The position numbers were made by a program, and so were the translations under genes. A DNA stretch of 64,000 nt, from assembly GCA_029547045.1 (NCBI GenBank), contig JAKPQL010000063.1:119727-183726 (forward strand), given 5' to 3'. This document shows, piece after piece, positions 10,504-20,706 of this stretch. The notes under the pieces were generated by a model. It was not told the DNA's origin. It searched no databases and saw only the letters and a program-made list of their open reading frames with translations. This DNA comes from Deltaproteobacteria bacterium (GTDB taxonomy: Bacteria > Desulfobacterota > Desulfomonilia > UBA1062). Within the stretch, counting starts at the first letter, position 1, and each line of letters starts with the position of its first letter.

Positions 10504-11412
10504 ATGGCCGTGCAGCACCACCTGAGCCCCTCCCTGAGGGGCGTCATCGCCATCGTGCTCATGACCCTGAACACCGTGTTCTGGGCCGTCCCGGTCCATC
10601 TGCTCGCCCTGACCAAGGTGCTCGTCCGCGCAAAGGCCTGGCAGATCGCATGCGCACGCCTGCTCATGGACACGGTGACCTGCTGGATAGGGGGCATCCT
10701 GGCCGCGCTGAGGCTGACCCAGGACACGGTATATGATATCAGGGGAAGGGAGGGCCTGAGCACATCCCAGTGGTACTTCCTCAACTGCAACCACCAGTCC
10801 TGGGCCGACATCCTGGTCCTGCTCGTCACCTTCCACGGGTACATACCGTTCTTCAAGTTTTTCCTGAAGAAGCAGCTCCTCTGGGTACCCCTGCTGGGGA
10901 CCTCCTGGTGGGCCCTGGATTATCCCTTCATGGAACGATACTCCCGCGAATTCCTGGAAAGACATCCCCATCTGAAGGGCAGGGACCTGCAGACCACGAA
11001 GAAAGCCTGCGAGCGATACCGCCACACCCCGGTGTCCATCCTCAACTTCATCGAAGGCACCCGGTTCACTCGGGAAAAGCACGCGAAGCAGGGCTCGCCC
11101 TTCCGCCACCTCCTGAGGCCCAAGTCCGGCGGGTTCGCCTATGCCCTGGCCGCCATGGACGGCAGGATCAGGGAGATCATCGATGTCACCATCATCTACC
11201 CCCGTCAGAGTCCCACCTTCTGGGAATACCTGTGCGGACGCATCGAGAGGATCGCGGTGCGGGTGAGGAAGATGCAGGTGCCCGAGGCCTTCTTCGGCCG
11301 GGACTACGAGAACGACCAGGCATTCCGCGAGGAGTTCCAGGCATGGGTATGCGAGATCTGGGAGCAGAAGGACCGGCTCATCGAGGAGCACCTCTCGGCT
11401 TCCGGAGCTTGA
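10504..11412 (+). CDS. YihG-like lysophospholipid acyltransferase (copy 2)
   Basis: Same motifs (NHQSWADI, NFIEGTRF, LLRPKSGG); colinear with copy 1. Confidence 0.92.
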   Translation: MAVQHHLSPSLRGVIAIVLMTLNTVFWAVPVHLLALTKVLVRAKAWQIACARLLMDTVTCWIGGILAALRLTQDTVYDIRGREGLSTSQWYFLNCNHQSWADILVLLVTFHGYIPFFKFFLKKQLLWVPLLGTSWWALDYPFMERYSREFLERHPHLKGRDLQTTKKACERYRHTPVSILNFIEGTRFTREKHAKQGSPFRHLLRPKSGGFAYALAAMDGRIREIIDVTIIYPRQSPTFWEYLCGRIERIAVRVRKMQVPEAFFGRDYENDQAFREEFQAWVCEIWEQKDRLIEEHLSASGA

Positions 11413-11473
11413 ACCCACCGCCCTTTCCCCGTATACTGACAGAACCATCGCATTCACTCGTAAGGAGGGACCC

Positions 11474-12688
11474 ATGCATCACACGCGACGAGGCGCACGG
11501 CTGTTCGCTTCCCAGGCATTCCACTACCAGGCCCTGCGCACCATGGGGCACCAGTCGGCCTTCGGGGCCGCCCCGGCCGAGTGCCTGGTGGCGATCCGGT
11601 CCATCCGGGACGAGAATGCCGAGAGCTGGTACACGGCATGGCACGATGTTGCCCAGCGATGCGAGAACCTCTCCGCGGCCGAAGGCGACGCCGCGGGCAG
11701 GGGCAGGGCCCTGCTCCGGGCATCGAACTACTACCGCACCGCGGAGTTCTTCCTGAGCCCCGCCGATGCGAGGCGCGTGTACACCTACCGCCGGAGCGCA
11801 GGCGCATTCCAGCGGGCCCTCCAGACCCTGAAGATCCCTCATAAGGCATGGAAGATCCCCTACGAGCGGGTATCCATGGGTGCGTACTACTTCCCGGGAG
11901 ACGACGACAAGCCGGTCATCATCGCCTGCGGCGGGTATGACTCCACCCTCGAGGAGTCCTTCTTCTGGATCGGCCAGGCGGCCCGTGAGCGCGGATTCCC
12001 CTGCATCATGTTCGAGGGGCCCGGCCAGTCCTCCATGATCCGAGAGTACGGGGTGAAATTCACCCACGAGTGGGAGAAACCCCTGAAGGTTCTCCTGGAC
12101 TATGCCCTGTGGGAGGCCCCTGAGCTGAACGGGCACATGAAAGTGCTGCTCGGCATCAGCATGGGCGCCATGCTGGCGCTGCGGGCAGCGGCCTTCGAGA
12201 ACCGCATCGACGCGGTGGCGGCCTACGGGGGGTTCTTCTCCATGCACGAGGCGGCCCTGGCCCAGATCCCCCTGGCGGGGAGGCTCCTCTGGAAGCTCGG
12301 GCTGAAGAACCTTTTCGACCGGTTTGCACGCATCAAGGCCGGCCGTGACATAGGCAGGCGCTGGGCCCTGGACAACGGGTGCTGGACCCTGGGCTCCCCC
12401 TCCCCCTTCGAGCTCCTGGGGCAAACCAGGGCCTACACCGTGGAGCCCGTGGCGGACCGGATCACCTGCCACGTGCTGGCCGTGCACGGTGAGGCGGACC
12501 ACCTCATCCCGAAATCCGAACAGACCCGGTTCCAGAAGCGCCTCACCAGGGCCCGGTCGTTCGCGGTGCATGTCTTCCGGAAGGCGGACGGCGCGGGCGA
12601 GCACTGCCAGGCAGGGGCTGTGGAACGCTTCCACCAGGTCTTCTTCGGGTGGATCGAGGGGCTGCAGAAACCCTCGACCATGCCCTGA
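11474..12688 (+). CDS. Alpha/beta hydrolase (FrsA / 2,6-dihydropseudooxynicotine hydrolase-like)
   Basis: LRASNYYRTAEFF, GGYDST.EE, EGPGQ, nucleophile GISMG, EHCQ. Confidence 0.88.
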   Translation: MHHTRRGARLFASQAFHYQALRTMGHQSAFGAAPAECLVAIRSIRDENAESWYTAWHDVAQRCENLSAAEGDAAGRGRALLRASNYYRTAEFFLSPADARRVYTYRRSAGAFQRALQTLKIPHKAWKIPYERVSMGAYYFPGDDDKPVIIACGGYDSTLEESFFWIGQAARERGFPCIMFEGPGQSSMIREYGVKFTHEWEKPLKVLLDYALWEAPELNGHMKVLLGISMGAMLALRAAAFENRIDAVAAYGGFFSMHEAALAQIPLAGRLLWKLGLKNLFDRFARIKAGRDIGRRWALDNGCWTLGSPSPFELLGQTRAYTVEPVADRITCHVLAVHGEADHLIPKSEQTRFQKRLTRARSFAVHVFRKADGAGEHCQAGAVERFHQVFFGWIEGLQKPSTMP

Positions 12689-12704
12689 TGACCAGGGTGG
12701 GGGG

Positions 12705-13448
12705 CTATGCGCTGCCGTAGAGTTCCAGGTTGCGGCCGATGACGGACCTGACCCGCTCGTTGAGGAGGTCGCGGTCCTGTTCGCCGTAGCCGTCTGTCTC
12801 GATGGGCTCGCCCACGATGATGCGCATGATGCCCGCCTTTATCCGCAGGGCGTTCTTGGGCAGAAGCGTGTGGCTGTTCAGGATGGTGACGGGCACGATG
12901 GGGAGCCCGGCCTTGAGCGCGAGCATGACCCCGCCCTTCTTGAACCGCTGGAGCCTCCCGTCGATGCTCCTGGTCCCCTCGGCGAAGAAGCATGCGCTGA
13001 TGCCGCCCTTCAGTTCGGCAATGGCCCCCTCGAGGATCTGACGGGCACCCTTCGAATCGTCCCGGTCGATGAGGATCATCCGGGCCAGCCGCACCGCCCA
13101 CCCGAACAGGGGAACCTGTGCCAGTGACCTCTTTCCCACGAAGCGCAGCTGGTTCTTCAGCGCCAGGGCAACTGCCGGCGGGTCGAGGTTGCTCGCGTGG
13201 TTGGCGATGAACACATACGACCTGTTGTACAGGACCCTCTCCAGGCCCTCCACCTGCATCCTCACCCGGTTCGTCTTCATGAGGAGCCATGCCCAGGTCC
13301 GGCCGAGCCGGTAGGTGGCCCTCCCCTGGGGGCTGAAGGGGGCGACGAGGATGAGGGGGATGCAGATGACAATGGTGTACACGACGGTGGTGAGTACGGT
13401 CCAGGTTGCCTTGATCATAGCTGTGAGCATGGAGTGCCTATACACCAT
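12705..13448 (-). CDS. plsC: 1-acyl-sn-glycerol-3-phosphate acyltransferase
   Basis: NHASNLD, LIDR, FAEGTRS, FKKGG, PIVPV. Confidence 0.9.
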   Translation of the reverse strand: MVYRHSMLTAMIKATWTVLTTVVYTIVICIPLILVAPFSPQGRATYRLGRTWAWLLMKTNRVRMQVEGLERVLYNRSYVFIANHASNLDPPAVALALKNQLRFVGKRSLAQVPLFGWAVRLARMILIDRDDSKGARQILEGAIAELKGGISACFFAEGTRSIDGRLQRFKKGGVMLALKAGLPIVPVTILNSHTLLPKNALRIKAGIMRIIVGEPIETDGYGEQDRDLLNERVRSVIGRNLELYGSA

Positions 13449-13590
13449 TCATCGGTCGCCCACCAATTACTCACGGGTAAAACTTGTGCAAATGTTTCTC
13501 AGGCCTCTGTCCACCTTCTTCTTGACAGGGCAAAGCCCAAGCCTGTATCAACGCTTCAGACCATGTGCCCGGTGCGGCAAGGAGGCAGTC

Positions 13591-14331
13591 ATGTCAAAGG
13601 AAACCCGTGAAAACACGCTGGTGCTCATCAAGCCGGACGCGCTGAAGAATTCGCTCACCGGCTACATCCTCTCCATGCTCTCCGAGTTCCACACCGGCCT
13701 GCACTTCGCCGGAACCAAGATCGTCGCGGTGAGCACGCTGCTGGCCGAGGAGCACTACGACGAACACCGGGGAAAGTTCTTCTATGCGTCGCTCCTGGAG
13801 TACATCACCGGCCGGCTCCACTACCCGGAAGAACCCTGGAAGCGCAGGGTCATCGCCTTCGTGTACCAGGGCCCGAACGCCATCAGGAAGATCCGCGACA
13901 TCGCCGGCCCCACCAATGCCCACGACGCACGGGTGCAGAAGCCGGGATGCATCCGGGCTCTGGGAACCGTGGTGCCGGTGAAGGACGAATCCGGCAAGGC
14001 CGTGGGTGACCGCGTGGACAACCTGATCCATGCATCCGCCAATGCCGCCGACGCGGAGCGGGAAATCAAGCTGTGGTTCAAGCCCACCGACATCCCGCCC
14101 TTCATGCGCGACTACGCCACCGAGGTGTGCGACCAGCTCTTCTACTACCGCGGCAACACCATCTCCACGAGCTACGTACCGGGAGGCATCGGAATCCTGG
14201 CCCCTGGGGACCTGGCGTGGAAATCCGATCTCGAAGCCCTGCGCGCCCACCTGAAGGGAGAGAAGGCCCTGTGCTCGGTGAACGCGGTGGCTGCCAAGTA
14301 CCTCATCAACATGGAATCCGAGACGGACTGA
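13591..14331 (+). CDS. ndk: Nucleoside diphosphate kinase, long form
   Basis: TLVLIKPDA, AEEHY.EH..K.FY..L, G.T, NLIHAS; AAGGAGG RBS. Confidence 0.88.
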   Translation: MSKETRENTLVLIKPDALKNSLTGYILSMLSEFHTGLHFAGTKIVAVSTLLAEEHYDEHRGKFFYASLLEYITGRLHYPEEPWKRRVIAFVYQGPNAIRKIRDIAGPTNAHDARVQKPGCIRALGTVVPVKDESGKAVGDRVDNLIHASANAADAEREIKLWFKPTDIPPFMRDYATEVCDQLFYYRGNTISTSYVPGGIGILAPGDLAWKSDLEALRAHLKGEKALCSVNAVAAKYLINMESETD

Positions 14332-14354
14332 GGATAACGCGGGGAGAAATCGAC

Positions 14355-14474
14355 ATGGCCGGCCAGAAGGACACCCGCCGTCAGAAGGACATGTCCCGCC
14401 TCATCAAGGAGCGCAGCAGGGTCGCCAAGGACAAGGCCCGGCGTGGCAAAGGCAGGGCCCGTCCCGGCAGGTAG
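14355..14474 (+). CDS. Small Arg/Lys-rich protein (39 aa)
   Basis: GGGGAG RBS after ndk; MAGQKDTRRQKDMSRLIKERSRVAKDKARRGKGRARPGR. Confidence 0.45.
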   Translation: MAGQKDTRRQKDMSRLIKERSRVAKDKARRGKGRARPGR

Positions 14475-14497
14475 TGTCCCTATCCTGCCGACAGGGA

Positions 14498-15049
14498 TCA
14501 GAACCGGTAGTACATGCTCAACCAGTACATGCTCGACTCGTCGAGCTCGTCCACGTCGATGAACTCGTACTCGGCCCGGATGCCGAGCTTCCAGACGCGG
14601 GCACCGATGCCCGCCCCGTACAGGAAGGCGTTCCCATCGAAGTCCCTGTCCAGTCCTGCCACCGAGGTGTCCAGAGTGTATCCCATCCCTCCCGCCTTCA
14701 GGAAGAGGTCCACGGGACCGATGGGGAAGATCGCCAGGGCGGCAATGTCGTACCCGGTGAGGCTGACGTCGATATCCTGTCCGGCCATGGTGGTGCCGGG
14801 GTCGCCGAGGTCACGGTACCCCGCCTCCACGGCGAGGTCAAAGACCGGCAGCAGGGTGAGCCGGTGGCCGAGGAAGCCCCTGAATGCCGTGTCGTCCTCA
14901 TCGAAATCGCCCGGGGCGAAGTCGTTCTCCAGCGTCGCCCGGCCGACGCTGCCGCCGAGATAGGACTCCCCCACCAGGGCCTGGGCCTGACTGCCCAGGA
15001 ACAGGGAACCGAACAATGCGACAACGAACAGCAGGTTTCTGTGCCTCAT
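14498..15049 (-). CDS. Outer membrane beta-barrel protein (OmpA-like TM domain)
   Basis: Signal peptide; VEAGYRDLG, YGAGIG, IRAEYE; C-terminal YYRF. Confidence 0.88.
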   Translation of the reverse strand: MRHRNLLFVVALFGSLFLGSQAQALVGESYLGGSVGRATLENDFAPGDFDEDDTAFRGFLGHRLTLLPVFDLAVEAGYRDLGDPGTTMAGQDIDVSLTGYDIAALAIFPIGPVDLFLKAGGMGYTLDTSVAGLDRDFDGNAFLYGAGIGARVWKLGIRAEYEFIDVDELDESSMYWLSMYYRF

Positions 15050-15190
15050 GGCAGTGCTCCTTTCGCATGAGTACCGTCGCAACAGACCGGTGTGGGCATG
15101 GGCGAACCACATCACAGGCCCGGATTCTATCACCGCGCCATGACAACCGCAACCGCTTGTGATACTCATTGTGCACAAATGGACGAGCGC

Positions 15191-17002
15191 ATGCACGATA
15201 CCCCCCTGACCACGCTGAAGACCGTGTTCGGCTACGATGCGTTCCGGCCTCTCCAGCAGGAGATCATCGAGGGTCTCGTCCGGGGGGAGGACGCCTTTGT
15301 CCTCATGCCCACGGGCGGCGGCAAATCGCTGTGCTACCAGATCCCTGCACTGCACCGCCATGGCGTGGCCGTGGTGGTATCACCCCTGATCTCGCTCATG
15401 AAGGACCAGGTGGACGCGCTGAAGGCCTGCGGGGTGCGGGCTGCGTTCTACAACTCCTCGCTGCAGTCCTTTGACGCGAAGAGGGTCCTGGCCAGGCTCC
15501 ACGCCGGAGAGCTCGACCTGCTCTACATCGCGCCGGAGCGGCTCATGAGCGATGAGTTCATGGCACGTCTCAAGGACATCCCCATTGCCCTGTTCGCCAT
15601 CGACGAGGCGCACTGCATCTCCCAGTGGGGCCACGACTTCAGACCAGAGTACCTCAAGCTGGGCAGGCTCCGCCGGGAGTTCCCGGGCATCCCGATGATC
15701 GCGCTCACGGCCACCGCGGAGCCGCACACCAGACGAGACATCCTGGAGCGCCTTGGCCTGCAGAAGGCATCGTGCCATGTCCTGGGCTTCGACCGGCCCA
15801 ACATCCGCTACACCGTGATGGAGAAGAACAAGCCCTCTGCCCAGCTCACCGCATACCTGGGCTCCCGGCCCGACGGCGCCGCCATCGTGTACTGCCTGAG
15901 CCGGCAGAGGGTGGAGAAGGTCTCCGCCCTGCTCCGTGCATCCGGGTTCCATGCAGCCCCCTACCACGCAGGGCTCGGCGCATCTGTACGAAAAATGACC
16001 CAGGAGGCCTTCATCCGTGACGACGTCCGCGTCATCGTCGCCACCGTTGCCTTCGGCATGGGTATCGACAAGCCCGATATCCGCACGGTGGTACACTACG
16101 ACATCCCCAAGAACATCGAGAGCTACTACCAGGAGACCGGCCGCGCCGGAAGGGACGGCCTGGCAGCCGAGGCCCTCCTGCTCTTCAGCTACGGCGACAT
16201 CGCCATCGCGCGGGGACTCATCGAGAAGACGAGCGACCCCGAGCAGAGGCGCATCGAGATCCACAAGCTCGGCGCCATGGTGGGGTTCGCAGAGGCCCTG
16301 AGCTGCCGTCGCAGGATCCTCCTGGGATATTTCGGAGAACGGCTGGAGAGGGACTGCGGCAACTGCGACATCTGCCTGAACCCGCCCGAGCTCCACGACG
16401 CGACGCAGAACGCCCGCAAGGCGCTTTCCTGCGTGTACCGCCTGAACCAGCGCTTCGGCATGGCACACGTCATCGACGTGCTGAGGGGCTCGCGCAAGGA
16501 GCGGGTGCTCCGGCTCGGCCACGACCGGCTCTCCACCTACGGCATCGGCGCGGACAGAGGCCAGGAGTACTGGTCAGGCCTGCTGCGCCACCTCGTCCAC
16601 CACGGGTATCTGCAACAGGACGTGGGCGACTATTCCGTCCTCAAGCTCACCGCCGAGGCAGGGCCCCTGCTGCGGGGGGAGAAGACCCTCTTCATGGCTG
16701 AGCCGAGACTCAAGCCCACCCCTGCCCCGAAACCGAAAACCGCGAGGAGCAAGACCGTGGACACGGAGCTCGACCGCAGCCTCTTCGAGCGGCTGCGCGT
16801 GCTCCGCAAGCGCCTGGCCGACGAGGAGTCGGTGCCGCCCTTTGTCATCTTCAGCGATGCCAGCCTCGCCCAGATGGCAGCAGCACTGCCCGCCACCCTC
16901 GAGGATCTCCGCAGCATCCACGGGGTGGGCGACTACAAGCTCGGGCGTTACGGGCAGGCCTTCCTGGAGGAGATACAGCGGTACGCCTCGGGCCGGGAAT
17001 GA
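15191..17002 (+). CDS. recQ: ATP-dependent DNA helicase RecQ
   Basis: MPTGGGKSLCYQ, DEAHCISQWGHDFRP, QETGRAGRDG, Zn-binding CRR...CGNCDIC, RQC and HRDC regions; start approximate. Confidence 0.97.
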   Translation: MHDTPLTTLKTVFGYDAFRPLQQEIIEGLVRGEDAFVLMPTGGGKSLCYQIPALHRHGVAVVVSPLISLMKDQVDALKACGVRAAFYNSSLQSFDAKRVLARLHAGELDLLYIAPERLMSDEFMARLKDIPIALFAIDEAHCISQWGHDFRPEYLKLGRLRREFPGIPMIALTATAEPHTRRDILERLGLQKASCHVLGFDRPNIRYTVMEKNKPSAQLTAYLGSRPDGAAIVYCLSRQRVEKVSALLRASGFHAAPYHAGLGASVRKMTQEAFIRDDVRVIVATVAFGMGIDKPDIRTVVHYDIPKNIESYYQETGRAGRDGLAAEALLLFSYGDIAIARGLIEKTSDPEQRRIEIHKLGAMVGFAEALSCRRRILLGYFGERLERDCGNCDICLNPPELHDATQNARKALSCVYRLNQRFGMAHVIDVLRGSRKERVLRLGHDRLSTYGIGADRGQEYWSGLLRHLVHHGYLQQDVGDYSVLKLTAEAGPLLRGEKTLFMAEPRLKPTPAPKPKTARSKTVDTELDRSLFERLRVLRKRLADEESVPPFVIFSDASLAQMAAALPATLEDLRSIHGVGDYKLGRYGQAFLEEIQRYASGRE

Positions 17003-17023
17003 TCGAACCATCCATGCATGAGG

Positions 17024-18055
17024 TCATCCCGCAGAACCCCTGCCCCGTGTGCTCATGACCAGGGCGAAGGCGATGGTGCCGTAGGCCACAAAGGTGCGGA
17101 AGTATTCGCCCAGGGCAGCGTTCGAGAAGATGTTCTGCCCCGCCTGGGGGGACACGATGAACAGGGAGTGGAAGAGCAGCACACCCAGCAGGGCGTGCCC
17201 CACATGGGCCCGCAATATGCTGGCGCCACCTGCCAGCAGGGCAGCGCAGGCGAAGATGTCCGTGTTCATGTGGGCCGTGTACACGTTGAGCATGCCGATG
17301 TTCTGGGTGAAAATGATGTGGCCCAGGCAGGCGAGCACAGTGGAGAGCACGATGGCCTTTATCCGTACGGCCCGGGTGTCGATGCCCAGCATCTCGGCCT
17401 TCTCCACCCCCTCTCCCACGGCCTTGAACTGCTGGCCGAGACGGGTGTGCAGGAGATACGTGATGAGGCCTGCAGCGCCCAGAACCATGAGGATCATGAA
17501 GAGCGGGATCTCGAGGGGACCGGCCTGGATAACCCATATAGTGTCGATAATGTTCCTAAACGGCGCCAGGTCCAGCATGTTCCGGATGCCGATGCCCCGG
17601 GAGAGCATCATCTCCTGGTTGGCAGGCCTGATGACGGTGCCATAGCCCACCATAAAGACGAGCTGGTAGATGCCCGTGGCCAGAAAGCCGATGATCATGG
17701 TGGTGATCATCTCCTTTCCCCTGACCCGGTTGAGCATAACCCCGATGAGGAAACCAGACACCACGGAAAGCCCCAGGCCCATGGCCGTAATGGCGAACAG
17801 GCCCGCTGCGCCCTGCAGGCCCCAGTCAACTGCCAGGACGATGCCCACCTGCGCGGCGAGCGCGCCCACTGTGACGGCGAAGTTCAGGCCCATGCCCGCG
17901 GTGACCGGGATGACCAGCGCCAGCACCATGACCCCGTCCCTGATGAAGCGGGTGATGACCTCGCTGGCCACAAAGGATGGCGACAGGCCTGAAAAGTACA
18001 GAGCCAGCGCCGAGAGAACGATGAAGACCGCGGGCACCGCGTTAGCCCTGTACAC
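17024..18055 (-). CDS. Sugar-type ABC transporter permease
   Basis: Multi-TM; TRLGQQFKAVG EAA-like loop; AALLAGGAS. Confidence 0.9.
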   Translation of the reverse strand: MYRANAVPAVFIVLSALALYFSGLSPSFVASEVITRFIRDGVMVLALVIPVTAGMGLNFAVTVGALAAQVGIVLAVDWGLQGAAGLFAITAMGLGLSVVSGFLIGVMLNRVRGKEMITTMIIGFLATGIYQLVFMVGYGTVIRPANQEMMLSRGIGIRNMLDLAPFRNIIDTIWVIQAGPLEIPLFMILMVLGAAGLITYLLHTRLGQQFKAVGEGVEKAEMLGIDTRAVRIKAIVLSTVLACLGHIIFTQNIGMLNVYTAHMNTDIFACAALLAGGASILRAHVGHALLGVLLFHSLFIVSPQAGQNIFSNAALGEYFRTFVAYGTIAFALVMSTRGRGSAG

Positions 18056-19082
18056 GCCGCCTCCTTCCCCCCTCGTAGAGCATGGCGTAGAGGATTACTC
18101 CGTTGGTGAGGATCATGCGGAAGATCTCGGCCACCTCGGGCACCAGCAGGGCGTTCGCGATGGGTCCGGAGATCACGTAGGTGGTCTGGAACAGGAAGGT
18201 TCCGATGACTGCCTGGATCACCGCGGTCCTGTGTCCCAGGCTGCCACCCAGGAAGATTGCCGATGCGGCGGGAAAGGCCATCATGAGTGGCGCCGAATAC
18301 AGCTCGAGGAAACCGTAGCTCTGGGCGTACACGCATATGCCCCATGCTGCGAGCACAGTGGAGAGGATGACCGCCAGTGTTCTGATTGCCTTTACATCCA
18401 CCCCTGACAGACCAGCGAAGACCTCGTTCTCTCCGGTGGCCACCATGGCGGTTCCGGCCCTGGTATGGAAAAAGAGGTGCAGCAGCACAGCCAGGCAGGC
18501 GAAGAAAACGAGCATGCCGAAAGGAACGGTGAGATCCCCCAGTCTGAACGACCATGAATGGTTCAGCACCTTGGCGAAGTACCCCTGGAGACCGATGACC
18601 GGCCGCAGGCCCTGCCCGCCGATGGGCCAGAGCATGGTAGGGTTCGTGAAGGGCGCCACGGCCCAGAAGAAGTTCATGATGGAAATGAAGGAGAAGCCCA
18701 CAAAGGTGCCGGCGATCTCCTCCCTGCCCTTCACCCGGTTCAGGAGTCTCCCATAGAGGTAGCCAAGCACAGCCCCTATAGGAATTGAAATGAGCATGGC
18801 CCCGAAGAGACCTGCCAGACCGGTCAGGCGGAAATTCACGGCGAGGCACATGCCCAGGAGGCCGGCGCAGATCCCCACGGGCAGACCAAAGTTCACCCCG
18901 AGGCCCGCATTCAGCATGGGGATCATGGACATGACTAGGACACCGTTCATCACGAGCCTCACCAGCGCATCGCCCATGATGCCTCCCAGGGGTATCCCGG
19001 CATGAAAGGCACCAGCCAGGAGGACCACGAGCATGACGAGGATGAAGACCTGGGGGATCTGCAGGTGCAGGCGCGATCTCAC
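18042..19082 (-). CDS. Sugar-type ABC transporter permease
   Basis: Multi-TM; TRAGTAMVATGEN...SGVD; AIFLGGS. Confidence 0.9.
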   Translation of the reverse strand: MRSRLHLQIPQVFILVMLVVLLAGAFHAGIPLGGIMGDALVRLVMNGVLVMSMIPMLNAGLGVNFGLPVGICAGLLGMCLAVNFRLTGLAGLFGAMLISIPIGAVLGYLYGRLLNRVKGREEIAGTFVGFSFISIMNFFWAVAPFTNPTMLWPIGGQGLRPVIGLQGYFAKVLNHSWSFRLGDLTVPFGMLVFFACLAVLLHLFFHTRAGTAMVATGENEVFAGLSGVDVKAIRTLAVILSTVLAAWGICVYAQSYGFLELYSAPLMMAFPAASAIFLGGSLGHRTAVIQAVIGTFLFQTTYVISGPIANALLVPEVAEIFRMILTNGVILYAMLYEGGRRRRVQG

Positions 19083-20656
19083 CCGTGGACCCTCCTCTCG
19101 CCGGAGAAGGCAAGGGCGAATTCCGTCTCCGTGGCCTCTGCGTCAAGCACGTCGAAGATCCTGCCTTCATGGATCACGGCGATGCGGTCGCACATGCGCA
19201 TGAGCTCGTCGAGCTCGCTGGAGGAGATCACCAGTGTCGTTCCGGCGCCCCGATGGAGATCCAGGAAGATGTGCAGTATAGTCTCTTTTGCCGCAATATC
19301 CACGCCCCGGGTGGGTTCTGATACCATGAGGATCCCGGGGTTCATGGCAAGAGCCCGGGCGATGCATACCTTCTGCTGGTTGCCTCCGCTGAGCTCGCTC
19401 ACCTTCTGGTGCACGCCAGTGCACCTGATGCCGAAGCGCTCGACGCATTCCTCGGCAAATCTGTGCGCGTGCCTCCTGTCTTCCAGGGCCAGCGGCCGGA
19501 AGGGAAATGTGTTCAGGAACGCCCCCTTGCACTGCATGGCAGCGAACACTATGTTCTCCATGATCGAATGGTCTGTCAGCAGACCTGCGGCGCGCCTGTC
19601 CTCGGGGATAAAGAACAGGCCCCGGGATATCATAGCCAGGGCGTTGAGCGGCGCGATATGATCTCTATCCACGAACACCCTTCCGCTGGTGGGATACATG
19701 CCCATGATTCCGTATCCGAAGGCCGGCCTGCCGTGGCCTGACGGTCCGGCGAGGCCAAGGATCTCTCCGCGGCTCACCGTAAGGTCGATGCCGTTGATCC
19801 GCTCCCCCGGCATATCTACGGAGAAACCCTCCAGCCGCAGGGCCTCGGAGCCTTTCCGGGAGGCGCCCTGTCTCTGCGCTCTGGTCACGTGATGGCCGAT
19901 CATGCACTCGGCCAGTGCGTCCACGTCGTATGCGGGCCCGGTGAAACAACCGGCCACCTCGCCGTCCCGCAGCACAGTGACGGCATGGCACAACGTGGTG
20001 ATCTCCTCCAGGCGGTGGGACACGAAGATGAGGGAAACTCCCCGGGATGCCAGGGAGCGCAGCGAGGCAAAGAGCGCCTGCACCTCACCGTAATTGAGCG
20101 CAGATGTGGGTTCGTCCAGGAGCAGCACCCTGAGGTCGTCCCGGTCGATCTCACGGGCAATTTCCACGAACTGCCTCATGTTCACGGTGAGGTCCATGAC
20201 CCGTAGGGACGGATCGAGGCGCACGCCGAGGCGCTCCAGTACGGATGATGCCCGGCGCCTGTTCGCCGGGGCGTTCATAAGGGCGAGGTCGCGGCCCAAG
20301 ATGGCTGTGGGCGCGAAGACCCGCTCCCGGCGGATGGTGACGTTCTCGGTAACGGTCATGGACGGGATGAGGGCGAACTCCTGGTGAACCATGCCGATGC
20401 CGCACCCGATAGCCCTGGCCGGACTCGAAAGGTAAACAGGCCTCTCGTTCAGGAGCACCTCGCCTCCGTAGCCTCCGGTGGCGCTGATGACGGCGCTGCC
20501 GAACAGGACGTTGAGCAGGGTTGTCTTGCCGGACCCGTTCAGCCCCACGAGGCCGTGGATCTCGCCCTCTTCCACATGGAGGTCCACGGATCTCAGGGCG
20601 TCGGTGTTGCCGAAGCGTTTCTTCAGGCCGCGAACAGTGAGCATTGATATGCGCAC
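19079..20656 (-). CDS. Sugar-type ABC transporter ATP-binding protein (tandem NBDs)
   Basis: GLNGSGKTTL, LLLDEPT, SHRLEE, PEDRR, LSGGNQQK, EPTRGVD. Confidence 0.95.
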   Translation of the reverse strand: MRISMLTVRGLKKRFGNTDALRSVDLHVEEGEIHGLVGLNGSGKTTLLNVLFGSAVISATGGYGGEVLLNERPVYLSSPARAIGCGIGMVHQEFALIPSMTVTENVTIRRERVFAPTAILGRDLALMNAPANRRRASSVLERLGVRLDPSLRVMDLTVNMRQFVEIAREIDRDDLRVLLLDEPTSALNYGEVQALFASLRSLASRGVSLIFVSHRLEEITTLCHAVTVLRDGEVAGCFTGPAYDVDALAECMIGHHVTRAQRQGASRKGSEALRLEGFSVDMPGERINGIDLTVSRGEILGLAGPSGHGRPAFGYGIMGMYPTSGRVFVDRDHIAPLNALAMISRGLFFIPEDRRAAGLLTDHSIMENIVFAAMQCKGAFLNTFPFRPLALEDRRHAHRFAEECVERFGIRCTGVHQKVSELSGGNQQKVCIARALAMNPGILMVSEPTRGVDIAAKETILHIFLDLHRGAGTTLVISSSELDELMRMCDRIAVIHEGRIFDVLDAEATETEFALAFSGERRVHG

Positions 20657-20706
20657 CCGGGCGGCATGTACCGCCCGGGCCTTTGCGGTTTCATTCTAGC
20701 AGATTT

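Noticed and set aside
19680-19780. Degenerate Walker A in the second ABC domain (GPSGHGR)
   Set aside because: Normal for tandem-NBD sugar (CUT2) ABC ATPases
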